A stretch of 64,000 nt of DNA, taken from a virus. The notes beneath the pieces are model-generated. The model was given only the letters and a program-made list of their open reading frames with translations, had not been told where the DNA came from and ran no database searches. The position numbers and the translations under genes were made by a program. Positions within the stretch are counted from its first letter, which is position 1; each line of letters starts with the position of its first letter. The DNA lies in IMG/VR virus record IMGVR_UViG_3300037851_000192, positions 1-64,000 of that record. The stretch is one strand, 5' to 3'. Below are positions 28,522 through 36,081 of the stretch, piece by piece.

Positions 28522-28943
28522 GGCTTCCCCCGTCGGCGGAGGATCGTGCGCGCTTCGCGCTCGAGAACCGCGGGATCGCCTCCGAGCTTCACGGCGGCGA
28601 GAACGGCCTCGGCGAACTCGCCGGCCGCCGGCGTTCCACGAAGGCACGCACGAAGCACCCGAAGGGCGTGCTCGCGCCAAGCGTCGTATCGCTTGGCGAC
28701 CGTGCCGATCTCGTGCACGCTTCCAAAGCCGTGCTCCTCGCCGTAGCGCCAAACCTCGATCACGACCTCGGGCGCGAAGCCGACCTCGCGGTGCGTTGCC
28801 CATCGGGCGCCGGGCAGCCCGTGGCCCCGGGCCTCGACACGCTCGCGCCGGAGGCACAACCAAAGCGAGCCGCGCCGGCCGAGGAACTTGTCGAGAACCC
28901 CGACCGCGAGCCCGTCGATCTCGGCTTCGTCAAGCGCGCTCAT
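28518..28943 (-). CDS. hypothetical protein
   Basis: ATG 28943 (MSALDEAEIDG...); ATGA overlaps. Confidence 0.5.
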   Translation of the reverse strand: MSALDEAEIDGLAVGVLDKFLGRRGSLWLCLRRERVEARGHGLPGARWATHREVGFAPEVVIEVWRYGEEHGFGSVHEIGTVAKRYDAWREHALRVLRACLRGTPAAGEFAEAVLAAVKLGGDPAVLEREARTILRRRGKP

Positions 28944-29170
28944 GGCTTCGACTTCGCGAAAAGCTCGGCGCCGCCGTAGGGGTGCCCATAGTCGGGATGG
29001 CCGTTGACGAACCAACCGACGCAACCGCGCTCGAGGAAAAGCGCCGACCCGTCCGCGAACTCGACGCGCCAGCAATCCGGATCCTTGATCTTGTCGCCGC
29101 AACCCGTGGCGCAGCAACGAATGCTTTCCGGCGTCGCGACGACGGCCGCGGCGATTGGGCGTGGTCTCAT
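28940..29170 (-). CDS. hypothetical Cys-rich small protein
   Basis: ORF 28940..29170(-); IRCCATGCGDKIKDPDC. Confidence 0.5.
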   Translation of the reverse strand: MRPRPIAAAVVATPESIRCCATGCGDKIKDPDCWRVEFADGSALFLERGCVGWFVNGHPDYGHPYGGAELFAKSKP

Positions 29171-29598
29171 GGCTTCGGCTCCGTTGGATCGTAGGCTTCA
29201 ACCTCGGGCGGTAGGCCTTCGGCTTCGATGCGCGCGACGAGCTTCTCGAGCCCGGCGACTCCGCGCTCGTCTTCGCCGGCGAGGCGCTCGAAGCGCGCGA
29301 CGATCTCGGCCGTGCCGTCGCGCCATACGTCGGGGTTCGCGCGGGCGTGCTCGGCCGTTTCCCGGGAGCGCTTCGCGCGGTCGGCCGCAAGGCTGGCGAG
29401 CCCGCGAAGGTGCGCGCAAGCGATCGCGGCACGCCGGCCCGGCTCCGAGAGCCACGCGCGGAACCGTGCCACGAACTCGGAACGCTCGCCCGATCGTGGA
29501 CCGAACGCCGGAGCGATCGGGCGGTTCACAAGGAGCGCGTGATCGAGCGCTCCGCGGAGCCTTCGGACGTCGGCCTTTGTCCAACGCTTCGACCTCAT
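29167..29598 (-). CDS. hypothetical protein
   Basis: ORF 29167..29598(-). Confidence 0.5.
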   Translation of the reverse strand: MRSKRWTKADVRRLRGALDHALLVNRPIAPAFGPRSGERSEFVARFRAWLSEPGRRAAIACAHLRGLASLAADRAKRSRETAEHARANPDVWRDGTAEIVARFERLAGEDERGVAGLEKLVARIEAEGLPPEVEAYDPTEPKP

Positions 29599-29963
29599 GC
29601 CGTACCGTCTCCTACGCGGATCGCGTGGTCTAGGATCTCACGCCGAAACGACTCCGAAGCGCACGCGGAACGTGCGGCCCACTCGTCCGCGGGGATCGCA
29701 TTCAAGACGCGGGCTAGCGCGGCGGCTTGCGCTCGGGTTGCGAGCATGGCGAGACGGAAACCCGAGCGCCGATCCGTGACCGTCCACGGCTTCGCGCACC
29801 GTCCGGCAAACCGCCAGACCCATACGTTGGACCGCGGGCTTCCGATCTCGCGCGGCAACGCTTCGCACGCCGGCCCGGCAACCACGGTCCATCCGTGCCC
29901 CTTGGGTGGCGGGCCCGCAGCTTCGACGGCTGCGCGTGCGCTTGCGATTTGCTTCGGCGTCAT
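29595..29963 (-). CDS. hypothetical protein
   Basis: ATG 29963 (MTPKQIASARAAVE...). Confidence 0.5.
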   Translation of the reverse strand: MTPKQIASARAAVEAAGPPPKGHGWTVVAGPACEALPREIGSPRSNVWVWRFAGRCAKPWTVTDRRSGFRLAMLATRAQAAALARVLNAIPADEWAARSACASESFRREILDHAIRVGDGTA

Positions 29964-30340
29964 GGGTTCGCGTTCCGTGCTTCGTCCGCGATCCGGATCC
30001 ACGCGGCGACGCGATAGGCGTTGATCTCGGCGTCGAGCAACCCCGTGGACGCCGGGGGGAACGCGCCGTAGCGGAAGGCTTGCGCGCGGGCGTGCTTCTC
30101 GAGGTCGGCTTCGTTGTCGAGCGCGCGGAGCGCGTGATCGCACGTTTCGACCACGATCGCAGCTTCGACGCCTTCGCGGGACCACTCGAGAGCGCGGATC
30201 GTCGCCTCGTTCACCATGGCGATCCATGCGTCACGCCTTGCGGTCGCGCGCTTGTGCATGAAGGCGACGATCTCGCGAATGGTCGGTCGGGGAGCTTCGG
30301 GGCTCGGGGCTTTGGTCGCTGGGCTCTTGGGCTTCTTCAT
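29960..30340 (-). CDS. hypothetical protein
   Basis: ATG 30340 (MKKPKSPATKAPS...). Confidence 0.5.
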   Translation of the reverse strand: MKKPKSPATKAPSPEAPRPTIREIVAFMHKRATARRDAWIAMVNEATIRALEWSREGVEAAIVVETCDHALRALDNEADLEKHARAQAFRYGAFPPASTGLLDAEINAYRVAAWIRIADEARNANP

Positions 30341-30362
30341 GGTTCGATCTCCGGCTTGGGCG

Positions 30363-30785
30363 TCACGCCCACGAAAGGTGCGTCGCGCCGGCCGCTTGTG
30401 CGGCGACGACGATCCGCTCGAGGATCGCGACGCGGACGAGGATCCCGTCGGCGTCGAGCCCGGCGCGGAAGAACCGCGGGGGGCGTAGCTCGATCGATCC
30501 GTCCTCGCGCGCGCGGGGAGGCCCCGGCTCCTCGAGGGCGGAGCGCTCGAAGCGCTCGGCACCGCCACGGGCGCGCGCCGCAACGATGGCGCGCCGGAGG
30601 CGGGGAAGCTCGATCTCGCCGAACTCGGGCGAGACCTCGAGACCGAGGTAGCCGAAGACCGCGGCCGCCGTCGAGTAGGCGATCGACAAGTCCTCGCACG
30701 CCGGGCACTCGACCCGCTTCGGGAAGGCGCCGAAGCCGTGGTCCTCGGTCTCGTTCACGTTCAGAGCTTGGAAGGCGATCCCCAT
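30363..30785 (-). CDS. hypothetical protein
   Basis: ORF 30363..30785(-); cassette copy 8 nt upstream of the ATG. Confidence 0.55.
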   Translation of the reverse strand: MGIAFQALNVNETEDHGFGAFPKRVECPACEDLSIAYSTAAAVFGYLGLEVSPEFGEIELPRLRRAIVAARARGGAERFERSALEEPGPPRAREDGSIELRPPRFFRAGLDADGILVRVAILERIVVAAQAAGATHLSWA

Positions 30786-30793
30786 GGTTTCCT

Positions 30794-30815
30794 CTTATAG
30801 CACGAACGATGCCAA
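30794..30815 (-). promoter_or_regulatory. bipartite promoter-like cassette copy M1
   Basis: TTGGCATCGTTCGTGCTATAAG, then 8 nt, then ATG 30785. Confidence 0.5.
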
Positions 30816-30817
30816 AC

Positions 30818-31075
30818 CTACCGCCACGCCCACGGGGCGACCCAACCGGCCGCGAGCCGGAGGGCGGGCACGAAGCGCCGGTTCCGGAGGCCGAGCCCGT
30901 CGGCTTGGATCAAGGTCGGGAGCACGGCGCCGGCGTCGAGGAGTTCGCCGATCGCGTCCTCGCGCTCGACGTCCGAAACCCCGCGCTCGAGGCACGCGGC
31001 CCGGACGTGGTCTTCGGTCTGCTCGCCGGAGCGGAGGATCGTCGCGATCGCCTTGGTTGCCTTGCTCGTCTTCAT
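30818..31075 (-). CDS. hypothetical protein (MKT...)
   Basis: ORF 30818..31075(-); cassette upstream. Confidence 0.55.
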   Translation of the reverse strand: MKTSKATKAIATILRSGEQTEDHVRAACLERGVSDVEREDAIGELLDAGAVLPTLIQADGLGLRNRRFVPALRLAAGWVAPWAWR

Positions 31076-31083
31076 GGTAGACT

Positions 31084-31105
31084 CTTATAGCACACGTCAT
31101 GCCAA
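31084..31105 (-). promoter_or_regulatory. bipartite promoter-like cassette copy M2
   Basis: TTGGCATGACGTGTGCTATAAG + 8 nt + ATG 31075. Its TGA is the stop codon of the upstream gene. Confidence 0.5.
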
Positions 31106-31402
31106 CCGAGCGGAGCGGGCGGCGAGCACGAGCGCGGCGAGCCGCTCCCGGTCCGGTCCGTGAAGGTTGATCCGCGCGACGCCGGCTTCCATGGTCGGGT
31201 AGTCGCGCGAGAACGTCGGGCGCGTGGTCTCGTAGCTTCGGATCCGATGGCGCCAAACCTCCGTGAGTAGAGCCCGAACCGTGCGCAACGGACGGCCGGT
31301 GATCGCGGCAAGCTCGGCCGCGGAATGGTCCCGCCCGTCGGCGAGGTAGGCTTCCGTGATCTCGGCTGCAAAGGTGGCGACTTGTTCCGTCGTGGTCTTC
31401 AT
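31097..31402 (-). CDS. hypothetical protein with HTH-like segment
   Basis: ATG 31402 (MKTTTEQV..., GGAG upstream); SAAELAAITGRPLRTVRALL. Confidence 0.5.
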   Translation of the reverse strand: MKTTTEQVATFAAEITEAYLADGRDHSAAELAAITGRPLRTVRALLTEVWRHRIRSYETTRPTFSRDYPTMEAGVARINLHGPDRERLAALVLAARSARLA

Positions 31403-31404
31403 GG

Positions 31405-31578
31405 TCAACTCCATGGGCCGAAGTGAACGACGCGGTCTTGCTGCTCGGCCGCCCAAGCGTTGGCTTGCTCGGGGCTCGCGAGCCCGTCGCGAACCATGCG
31501 GGCCGCTTTCGTGGCGATCTCCGCGTAGCGGCGTTCGGTGGCTTGCTCCTCGAGGCGTTGGAACTCTTGGCGCGTCAT
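31405..31578 (-). CDS. small hypothetical protein (57 aa, below ORF-track cutoff)
   Basis: Hand translation: MTRQEFQRLEEQATERRYAEIATKAARMVRDGLASPEQANAWAAEQQDRVVHFGPWS; GGGAG upstream. Confidence 0.4.
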   Translation of the reverse strand: MTRQEFQRLEEQATERRYAEIATKAARMVRDGLASPEQANAWAAEQQDRVVHFGPWS

Positions 31579-31582
31579 GGTC

Positions 31583-31804
31583 TTAGCACTCCCTCGCGAG
31601 CCACTTCTCGGCCGCCTTGAAGGCGCCGCGGAGCGTCGTGTAGGTCTTGCCTGAGAACGCGCGGAGCGTGCAACCGCTCGCGGTCGCGACGATGATCCAC
31701 TCGCCCGAGCAGGGCGAGACCGTCGCGGCGCGGTTGCCGCGCGCGAGCGTCGTGTTTCCGAAAGCGTCCGCCGTCCACTCGATCCCGTTGTTCGTCGTCT
31801 TCAT
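31583..31804 (-). CDS. hypothetical protein (MKT...)
   Basis: ORF 31583..31804(-); cassette upstream. Confidence 0.55.
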   Translation of the reverse strand: MKTTNNGIEWTADAFGNTTLARGNRAATVSPCSGEWIIVATASGCTLRAFSGKTYTTLRGAFKAAEKWLAREC

Positions 31805-31812
31805 GGTAGACT

Positions 31813-31834
31813 CTTATAGCACACGTCATGCCAA
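31813..31834 (-). promoter_or_regulatory. bipartite promoter-like cassette copy M3
   Basis: TTGGCATGACGTGTGCTATAAG + 8 nt + ATG 31804. Confidence 0.5.
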
Positions 31835-31835
31835 A

Positions 31836-32097
31836 CGGCCGGATCGTGCTAAGTGCCCGATCCCTCGAGTTCGACCGAGCCGCGCCCCTTGCGTCGAGGT
31901 ATGACAGCCGCGTCATACTGAACTGCCTCCGAACGGCACTTTCGGCGAAAACCGCAACGGGTTCGCGGCCTTGGATATATGGCAGCGAGTATGACATTCG
32001 TGTCATGGTAAACGGGCTCCCGGTCGCGTCGGCGGCGAATTGCGCTGGACTTCCGCGAGGTTGCCGCCGTCCTCGAGGTATGACATTCGTGTCATAC
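31836..32097. repeat. non-coding repeat block L1 with three ATGACA-N4-TGTCAT palindromes
   Basis: Palindromes at 31899-31918, 31989-32008 and 32078-32097. Direct repeat of block L2. GCTAAGTG box at 31848-31855. Confidence 0.8.
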
Positions 32098-32613
32098 TGC
32101 GCTGGCCGTGGCGTTACACTCGGCAAGGAGCGCGTCGGCTTCGCCACGGTCGAGCGCGGCTTCGGCAAGTTGGCGGGCGAGGCCGGTCTCGTCGTAGCAC
32201 TTGTGGCCCATATCGTCGTCGCCGCGGCCGAAGCTCCGCCAATAGCCGTCGCCGGCAATCCAGCAAGATTCGCCGAGGATCTCGACGCTCTCGCTGCGCG
32301 GGCGCGCCTTCAAGGCGACGAGCCGGCGCTCGATCGCGTCGGCGTAGGGGTAGACGATCTCGCGGTCATACTCCGCGTCACAGTAGCGGTTGCCGCCGTT
32401 CAGGATCTCCCCGTGCTCGTCGCGGTCGATCCGGGCGTGGCCCGCGACGATCTCCTTCACCTTGGAGATCGAAACGTAAGGGCTGCGCACCTTTACGGCG
32501 ATCGAGGAGCCGAGCGAGTAGAACTCACACCGGACCGAGACCAACCGGGGCTTGATCCCCGCTGCCTTCAACTGCGCCCGAATCTCCGCCGCGTGGTCTT
32601 TCGTGGTCTTCAT
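32092..32613 (-). CDS. hypothetical protein (N-terminus recalls LPD29-type polyvalent-protein domain; unverified)
   Basis: MKTTKDHAAEIRAQLKAAGIKPRLVSVRCEFYSLGSSIAVKV; cassette upstream. Confidence 0.55.
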   Translation of the reverse strand: MKTTKDHAAEIRAQLKAAGIKPRLVSVRCEFYSLGSSIAVKVRSPYVSISKVKEIVAGHARIDRDEHGEILNGGNRYCDAEYDREIVYPYADAIERRLVALKARPRSESVEILGESCWIAGDGYWRSFGRGDDDMGHKCYDETGLARQLAEAALDRGEADALLAECNATASAV

Positions 32614-32621
32614 GGTTTCCT

Positions 32622-32643
32622 CTTATAGCACGTATGATGCCAA
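32622..32643 (-). promoter_or_regulatory. bipartite promoter-like cassette copy M4
   Basis: TTGGCATCATACGTGCTATAAG + 8 nt + ATG 32613. Confidence 0.5.
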
Positions 32644-32652
32644 CCGCCGGGC

Positions 32653-32877
32653 CTACTCGGCCTCGAGCGCGCGAACGCGGATCCGCGTCGTGCCGAAGAA
32701 GACGCGCACGTCCTCGGCCGCCGCGCTCATGTAGTGGTGAGCGTTCGAGAGCGTCACGCGGACGCGGCTCTTGCCCACGGGCTCGACCGCGGACACAAGC
32801 CATTCCGTCCCGCAAGCCTCGACCGCCCAATCGCCGGCCGTCAACTCGCTCGCCTTCTTCGTCGTCGTGGTCTTCAT
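32653..32877 (-). CDS. hypothetical protein (MKT...)
   Basis: ATG 32877 in ORF 32653..32883(-). Confidence 0.5.
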   Translation of the reverse strand: MKTTTTKKASELTAGDWAVEACGTEWLVSAVEPVGKSRVRVTLSNAHHYMSAAAEDVRVFFGTTRIRVRALEAE

Positions 32878-32885
32878 GGTCAACT

Positions 32886-32907
32886 CTTATAGCACGGATG
32901 ATGCCAA
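32886..32907 (-). promoter_or_regulatory. bipartite promoter-like cassette copy M5
   Basis: TTGGCATCATCCGTGCTATAAG + 8 nt + ATG 32877. Confidence 0.5.
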
Positions 32908-32929
32908 CCGACCGACCGGGCCCCGCGGG

Positions 32930-33235
32930 CTAGAGGGAGAGGTAGAGCCCGGTCGTGCGCTCGAAGGTCTCGCGCATTTGCGCCGTGTCGAGGCCTTCGA
33001 CCTCGAGGACCGTCCGCACGTCGAAGCGGGCGAGCTTGTAGATCGTGACGTTGTAGAGGTCCGCGCCGCGGTCGTAGGTCACGGTCACGGCGTTCGCCTT
33101 GCGCGAGCCCTTGAACTTGAACGAGACGCGGCACGCTTCGTTGTCGTAGGTGAAGCCGTGGGCGCCAAGCATGGCCGAGAGCTTGCCGAAGCCGCCGAGT
33201 TGCTCGATCGTGGTTGCGTTCTGCTCGTTCATCAT
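32930..33235 (-). CDS. hypothetical protein (MMNEQ...)
   Basis: ATG 33235 in ORF 32930..33259(-). The longer start would lie inside the cassette. Confidence 0.55.
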   Translation of the reverse strand: MMNEQNATTIEQLGGFGKLSAMLGAHGFTYDNEACRVSFKFKGSRKANAVTVTYDRGADLYNVTIYKLARFDVRTVLEVEGLDTAQMRETFERTTGLYLSL

Positions 33236-33242
33236 GACCTCT

Positions 33243-33264
33243 TTTATAGCACGCATCATGCCAA
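33243..33264 (-). promoter_or_regulatory. bipartite promoter-like cassette copy M6
   Basis: TTGGCATGATGCGTGCTATAAA + 7 nt + ATG 33235. Confidence 0.5.
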
Positions 33265-33268
33265 CCGA

Positions 33269-33559
33269 TCACGCGACGCGGACGCCGATCCGGCGAGTGT
33301 CCACGATCCAAAGCTCGGCGTCCTCGAGCGTTTGCCAAACGGCGAAGCCGGCAGCGTTGAAGCCGGCGGCCGCGAAGGCGTTCGCGCGGACGAGGAAGAA
33401 GTCGCCGTCGCGGGCGACGACGCGGGAATTGTTGAACATTCCGAGCCAAGCGGCCTTGCCCTTCCGGCCTTGGGTCGCGGCGAAGGTCTCGGCGGCGACG
33501 ACGGCGGGGCGGGAGGCGACGAGGCGGGCGGGGACGGCGGCGAGGTTCTCGGTCTTCAT
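33269..33559 (-). CDS. hypothetical protein (MKT...)
   Basis: ATG 33559 in ORF 33269..33802(-); first gene of the leftward arm. Confidence 0.5.
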   Translation of the reverse strand: MKTENLAAVPARLVASRPAVVAAETFAATQGRKGKAAWLGMFNNSRVVARDGDFFLVRANAFAAAGFNAAGFAVWQTLEDAELWIVDTRRIGVRVA

Positions 33560-33566
33560 GCTTCGA

Positions 33567-33588
33567 GTTATAGCACGCGGCATGCCAA
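33567..33588 (-). promoter_or_regulatory. bipartite promoter-like cassette copy M7
   Basis: TTGGCATGCCGCGTGCTATAAC + 7 nt + ATG 33559. Confidence 0.5.
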
Positions 33589-33853
33589 CCGATCGGGCTG
33601 CGCTAAGTGTCCGATCTCTCGAGCGCTCCGGCCGCGGGCTCCTCGCGTCGAAGCATGACAGCCGTGTCATGCTGAACTGCCTCCGAACGGCCCTTTCGGC
33701 GAAAACCGCAACGTGTTCGCGAGGTTGGATATATGGCAGCAAGTATGACATTCGTGTCATAGCAAACGGGCTCTTGGGCCCTCCGCTCCGCGAAAAGTGC
33801 AAGCGGTTCCGCAGCTTACGCCGTTCGAGCGAGGTATGACATCCGTGTCATAC
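33589..33853. repeat. non-coding repeat block L2 with three ATGACA-N4-TGTCAT palindromes
   Basis: Palindromes at 33653-33672, 33743-33762 and 33834-33853; GCTAAGTG at 33602-33609. Confidence 0.8.
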
Positions 33854-34100
33854 CTGAACGCGGAGGCACGGCCGACGCTCGAGGGCTCCGAGCGCTCCGC
33901 CCGTTGACCCACGGTCAAGAATTGTCACCGGCTCGCAGCCGTAAGCTCGCGTTTCCTATAGCACGCACGCCATAAGCGGACGGCGCGCGCGGCCGGAGCG
34001 ATCGGCTAAGTGCGCGATTCTTGGAGCGTGTGCCGCGAATTGTCACACGCATGCTATAAGAGCTGCCGAAAATTGTCACGCCGGAGGGGTTGACCCACGG

Positions 34101-34122
34101 GCCCAAACCTCGAGGTTTGGGC
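34101..34122. promoter_or_regulatory. perfect 22-bp palindrome GCCCAAACCTCGAGGTTTGGGC, 20 bp upstream of cassette P1
   Basis: Self-complementary over all 22 positions; lies in the divergent control region. Confidence 0.6.
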
Positions 34123-34142
34123 ACTTGCGCGCGTTCGGATCT

Positions 34143-34164
34143 TTGGCATGGCGCGTGCTATAAC
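34143..34164 (+). promoter_or_regulatory. bipartite promoter-like cassette copy P1
   Basis: TTGGCATGGCGCGTGCTATAAC + 7 nt + ATG 34172. Confidence 0.5.
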
Positions 34165-34171
34165 TCCAAGC

Positions 34172-34504
34172 ATGAAGACGAACGAGACGCGCAAGGCTGG
34201 CAACGTGACCGTGACCCGTAGCCGTGTCCTCGGGACCGCCTGCTACGTCTACACCGCTTGGGAGCCTTCGAGCGCGACCGGGCACGGCACGGTCACGACG
34301 ATCGACGGCGCTTGGCACGGCGAGATCGGAAGCCGTCGGGCTCCCGAAGCGGCGCTCGCGCTCCCGGTCGGGCCGGCTCGCTGGGCGGCGCTCGACGCGG
34401 ACCGCGCGGCGCAATACGCCGAGGCGCACGCGGCGATCGTCGCGGCCTTCCCCGAGGCCGCGGAAGGCACGCGCGAGAACGGCCGGATCTCGGTTTGGTC
34501 GTGA
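34172..34504 (+). CDS. hypothetical protein (MKT...)
   Basis: ATG 34172 in ORF 34148..34504; first gene of the rightward arm. Confidence 0.55.
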   Translation: MKTNETRKAGNVTVTRSRVLGTACYVYTAWEPSSATGHGTVTTIDGAWHGEIGSRRAPEAALALPVGPARWAALDADRAAQYAEAHAAIVAAFPEAAEGTRENGRISVWS

Positions 34505-34562
34505 CCTCGAGAACCCCGGGCCGGCTCCGGTCGGCCCAAGCATAGCAAGGAGATCGCAACCC

Positions 34563-34922
34563 ATGAAGACGAGCAGCAACGCAACGCGCAAGGCGGAGAT
34601 CGTGGCAAGCCGTGGCGGATCGCGCGAGGTCCGGATCACGATCACGGACGGCGCGCCGAACGGCCCGCGGGCTAGCTCGCGCGCGCTCGACGCCGAGGCC
34701 TTCCGGCTCGCGGCCGAGGTCGAGCTTGCAACCCCGACGGTCGAGCGGTGGATCGTTCGTGTCGAGCGCGCCTTCGCGCGCTCCTCGGCCGTCGTGATCG
34801 AGCTTGCCAAGGGGACGGCGGACGAAGCCGCGCGGGCTCTGTCCGTGGCGTTTGCGGCGCTCGAGGTCGAGCTTTGCAGCGCGGCGCCGTTGCACGAGCG
34901 GACCGCGTCTCGGTTGGCATGA
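34563..34922 (+). CDS. hypothetical protein (MKT...)
   Basis: ATG 34563 preceded by AAGGAG; its stop TGA lies inside cassette P2. Confidence 0.5.
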   Translation: MKTSSNATRKAEIVASRGGSREVRITITDGAPNGPRASSRALDAEAFRLAAEVELATPTVERWIVRVERAFARSSAVVIELAKGTADEAARALSVAFAALEVELCSAAPLHERTASRLA

Positions 34923-34935
34923 CGTGTGCTATACA
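34914..34935 (+). promoter_or_regulatory. bipartite promoter-like cassette copy P2
   Basis: TTGGCATGACGTGTGCTATACA + 7 nt + ATG 34943. Confidence 0.5.
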
Positions 34936-34942
34936 AGAGGGC

Positions 34943-35548
34943 ATGATGAACGAGACGACGACGGCGTGGCGGTTGGTGGCGGTTCGGGACGTGCGGCCGG
35001 TCGACCTCGACACGGGCAAGCGGATCGACCTCCCCGCCGATATGCTTCCGGAGTGCTGCCGTTGCGGCCGGCGGCACGCCAAGGTCTACGAGGTCACGGA
35101 CGGCGCCCGCGTGCGGACGGTCGGATCGGGATGCGTCCGCGCGGCCTTCGACGGTTGGGAGCCGACGGCCGAGGAGCTTCGGACCGCGCGCAAGGTCGAG
35201 CGGAAGGCGCTCGAGGACGCCCGCCGCGCGTCGATCGCGGCGCGTGCGGCCGAGCTTCTTCCGGCCGCCGTGGCCGTTCTGGCAAGCGTTCCCGCGCCGG
35301 CGGTTCTTAGCACGCGGACGACGGATCCCTTCGGAAATGCGGTCGCCCCGATCGTTCAGTGGGGGAACGACTTCGCCCGCGTTTGGTGCCGCGACGGTCT
35401 CACGGCCGAACGCCGATCGACGCTCGAGGACGCGACGCGCGAGCGGGTGGCCCATCGGGTGGTCGGCGACGCTATGCCCGGCGCACGCTACGCGCTCCGC
35501 GTGCTCGTCGCGGCCGCGCTCGAGGCCTTGATCCGGGGGCGGTCGTGA
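34943..35548 (+). CDS. hypothetical protein (MMNET...), Cys cluster CCRCG
   Basis: ATG 34943 in ORF 34748..35548. Confidence 0.55.
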   Translation: MMNETTTAWRLVAVRDVRPVDLDTGKRIDLPADMLPECCRCGRRHAKVYEVTDGARVRTVGSGCVRAAFDGWEPTAEELRTARKVERKALEDARRASIAARAAELLPAAVAVLASVPAPAVLSTRTTDPFGNAVAPIVQWGNDFARVWCRDGLTAERRSTLEDATRERVAHRVVGDAMPGARYALRVLVAAALEALIRGRS

Positions 35549-35841
35549 GCCGGGGGCGGGACCTCGACGGCCGGGCGGGCTGCGTCCGGCTCGGGCGCTC
35601 GAGGCAAACCGGCCGGCTCGTCGGCGTCTACCGCTCGAGGGACGCGGGGTTGGACGAGGGCGAGCCCGGCGAGTTCTCGACGGCTTGGTCGGTCGTGTGC
35701 GAGGAGCACGGGGCGATCGTCGGGCTCGGGACGCGGAGGGACGCCGAGCTTGCCGCGGCCGACCCGCGCGGGTTCTGCGAGGACTGCCAAGCCGAAGCCC
35801 AACCTACACGGACGCATGACAGCCGTGTCATACTGAACTGA
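35545..35841 (+). CDS. hypothetical protein
   Basis: GTG 35545 (GTGA overlap); 3' end runs into repeat block R1. Confidence 0.45.
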   Translation: MSRGRDLDGRAGCVRLGRSRQTGRLVGVYRSRDAGLDEGEPGEFSTAWSVVCEEHGAIVGLGTRRDAELAAADPRGFCEDCQAEAQPTRTHDSRVILN

Positions 35842-35948
35842 GCAAAAGTGAATCAAGCCCGCGAGACCGTTGAAGAAAAGAGCTATGACATTCGTGTCAT
35901 AGAAGTGAAAGGTTTGCGTAGCGGCAGATCCGCGCACTTAGCGGATCG
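35803..35948. repeat. 146-bp repeat block R1 with two ATGACA-N4-TGTCAT palindromes
   Basis: Near-identical to 37210-37355. Palindromes at 35814-35833 and 35883-35902; CACTTAGC at 35935-35942. Confidence 0.85.
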
Positions 35949-36018
35949 GGGCTCCTCGAGGCGCACGGCCCGGGGCTCCTCGAGGCGCACGGCCCGGGGC
36001 TCCTCGAGGCGCACGGCT
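35947..36018. repeat. 3 x 24-bp tandem repeat CGGGGCTCCTCGAGGCGCACGGCC
   Basis: Units 35947-35970, 35971-35994 and 35995-36018 (last base differs), between block R1 and cassette P3. Confidence 0.85.
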
Positions 36019-36052
36019 TCGGCCGTTCGGGCACTTCGGCCGGTTGTGTTGT

Positions 36053-36074
36053 TTGGCATGGCGCGTGCTATAAC
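36053..36074 (+). promoter_or_regulatory. bipartite promoter-like cassette copy P3
   Basis: TTGGCATGGCGCGTGCTATAAC + 7 nt + ATG 36082. Confidence 0.5.
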
Positions 36075-36081
36075 TCCAAGC

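Noticed and set aside
31911-31927. CTGAAC next to the GCCG-spacer palindromes as a deltaproteobacterial-type LexA box (which ends in GTTCAG)
   Set aside because: The flanking 10 nt do not fit the remaining positions of that consensus on either strand.
31828-32628. ORFs 31828..32628(+), 33150..33839(+), and the N-terminal parts of 35848..36468 and 37084..38100, which span the repeat blocks
   Set aside because: They run across palindromes, tandem repeats and cassette copies. They give repetitive peptides such as SSRRTARGSSRRTARG, and they run antisense to or upstream of better-supported genes.
34148-34171. Conserved N-terminal peptide MARAITPS encoded by the cassette (ATG inside TTGGCATGG, in frame with the downstream ATG in P1, P3 and P5)
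   Set aside because: The upstream ATG is missing in three copies (TTGGCATC in M1, M4 and M5). It is out of frame in copies with an 8-nt spacer (P4, P6). Conservation is therefore at the DNA level, not the peptide level.
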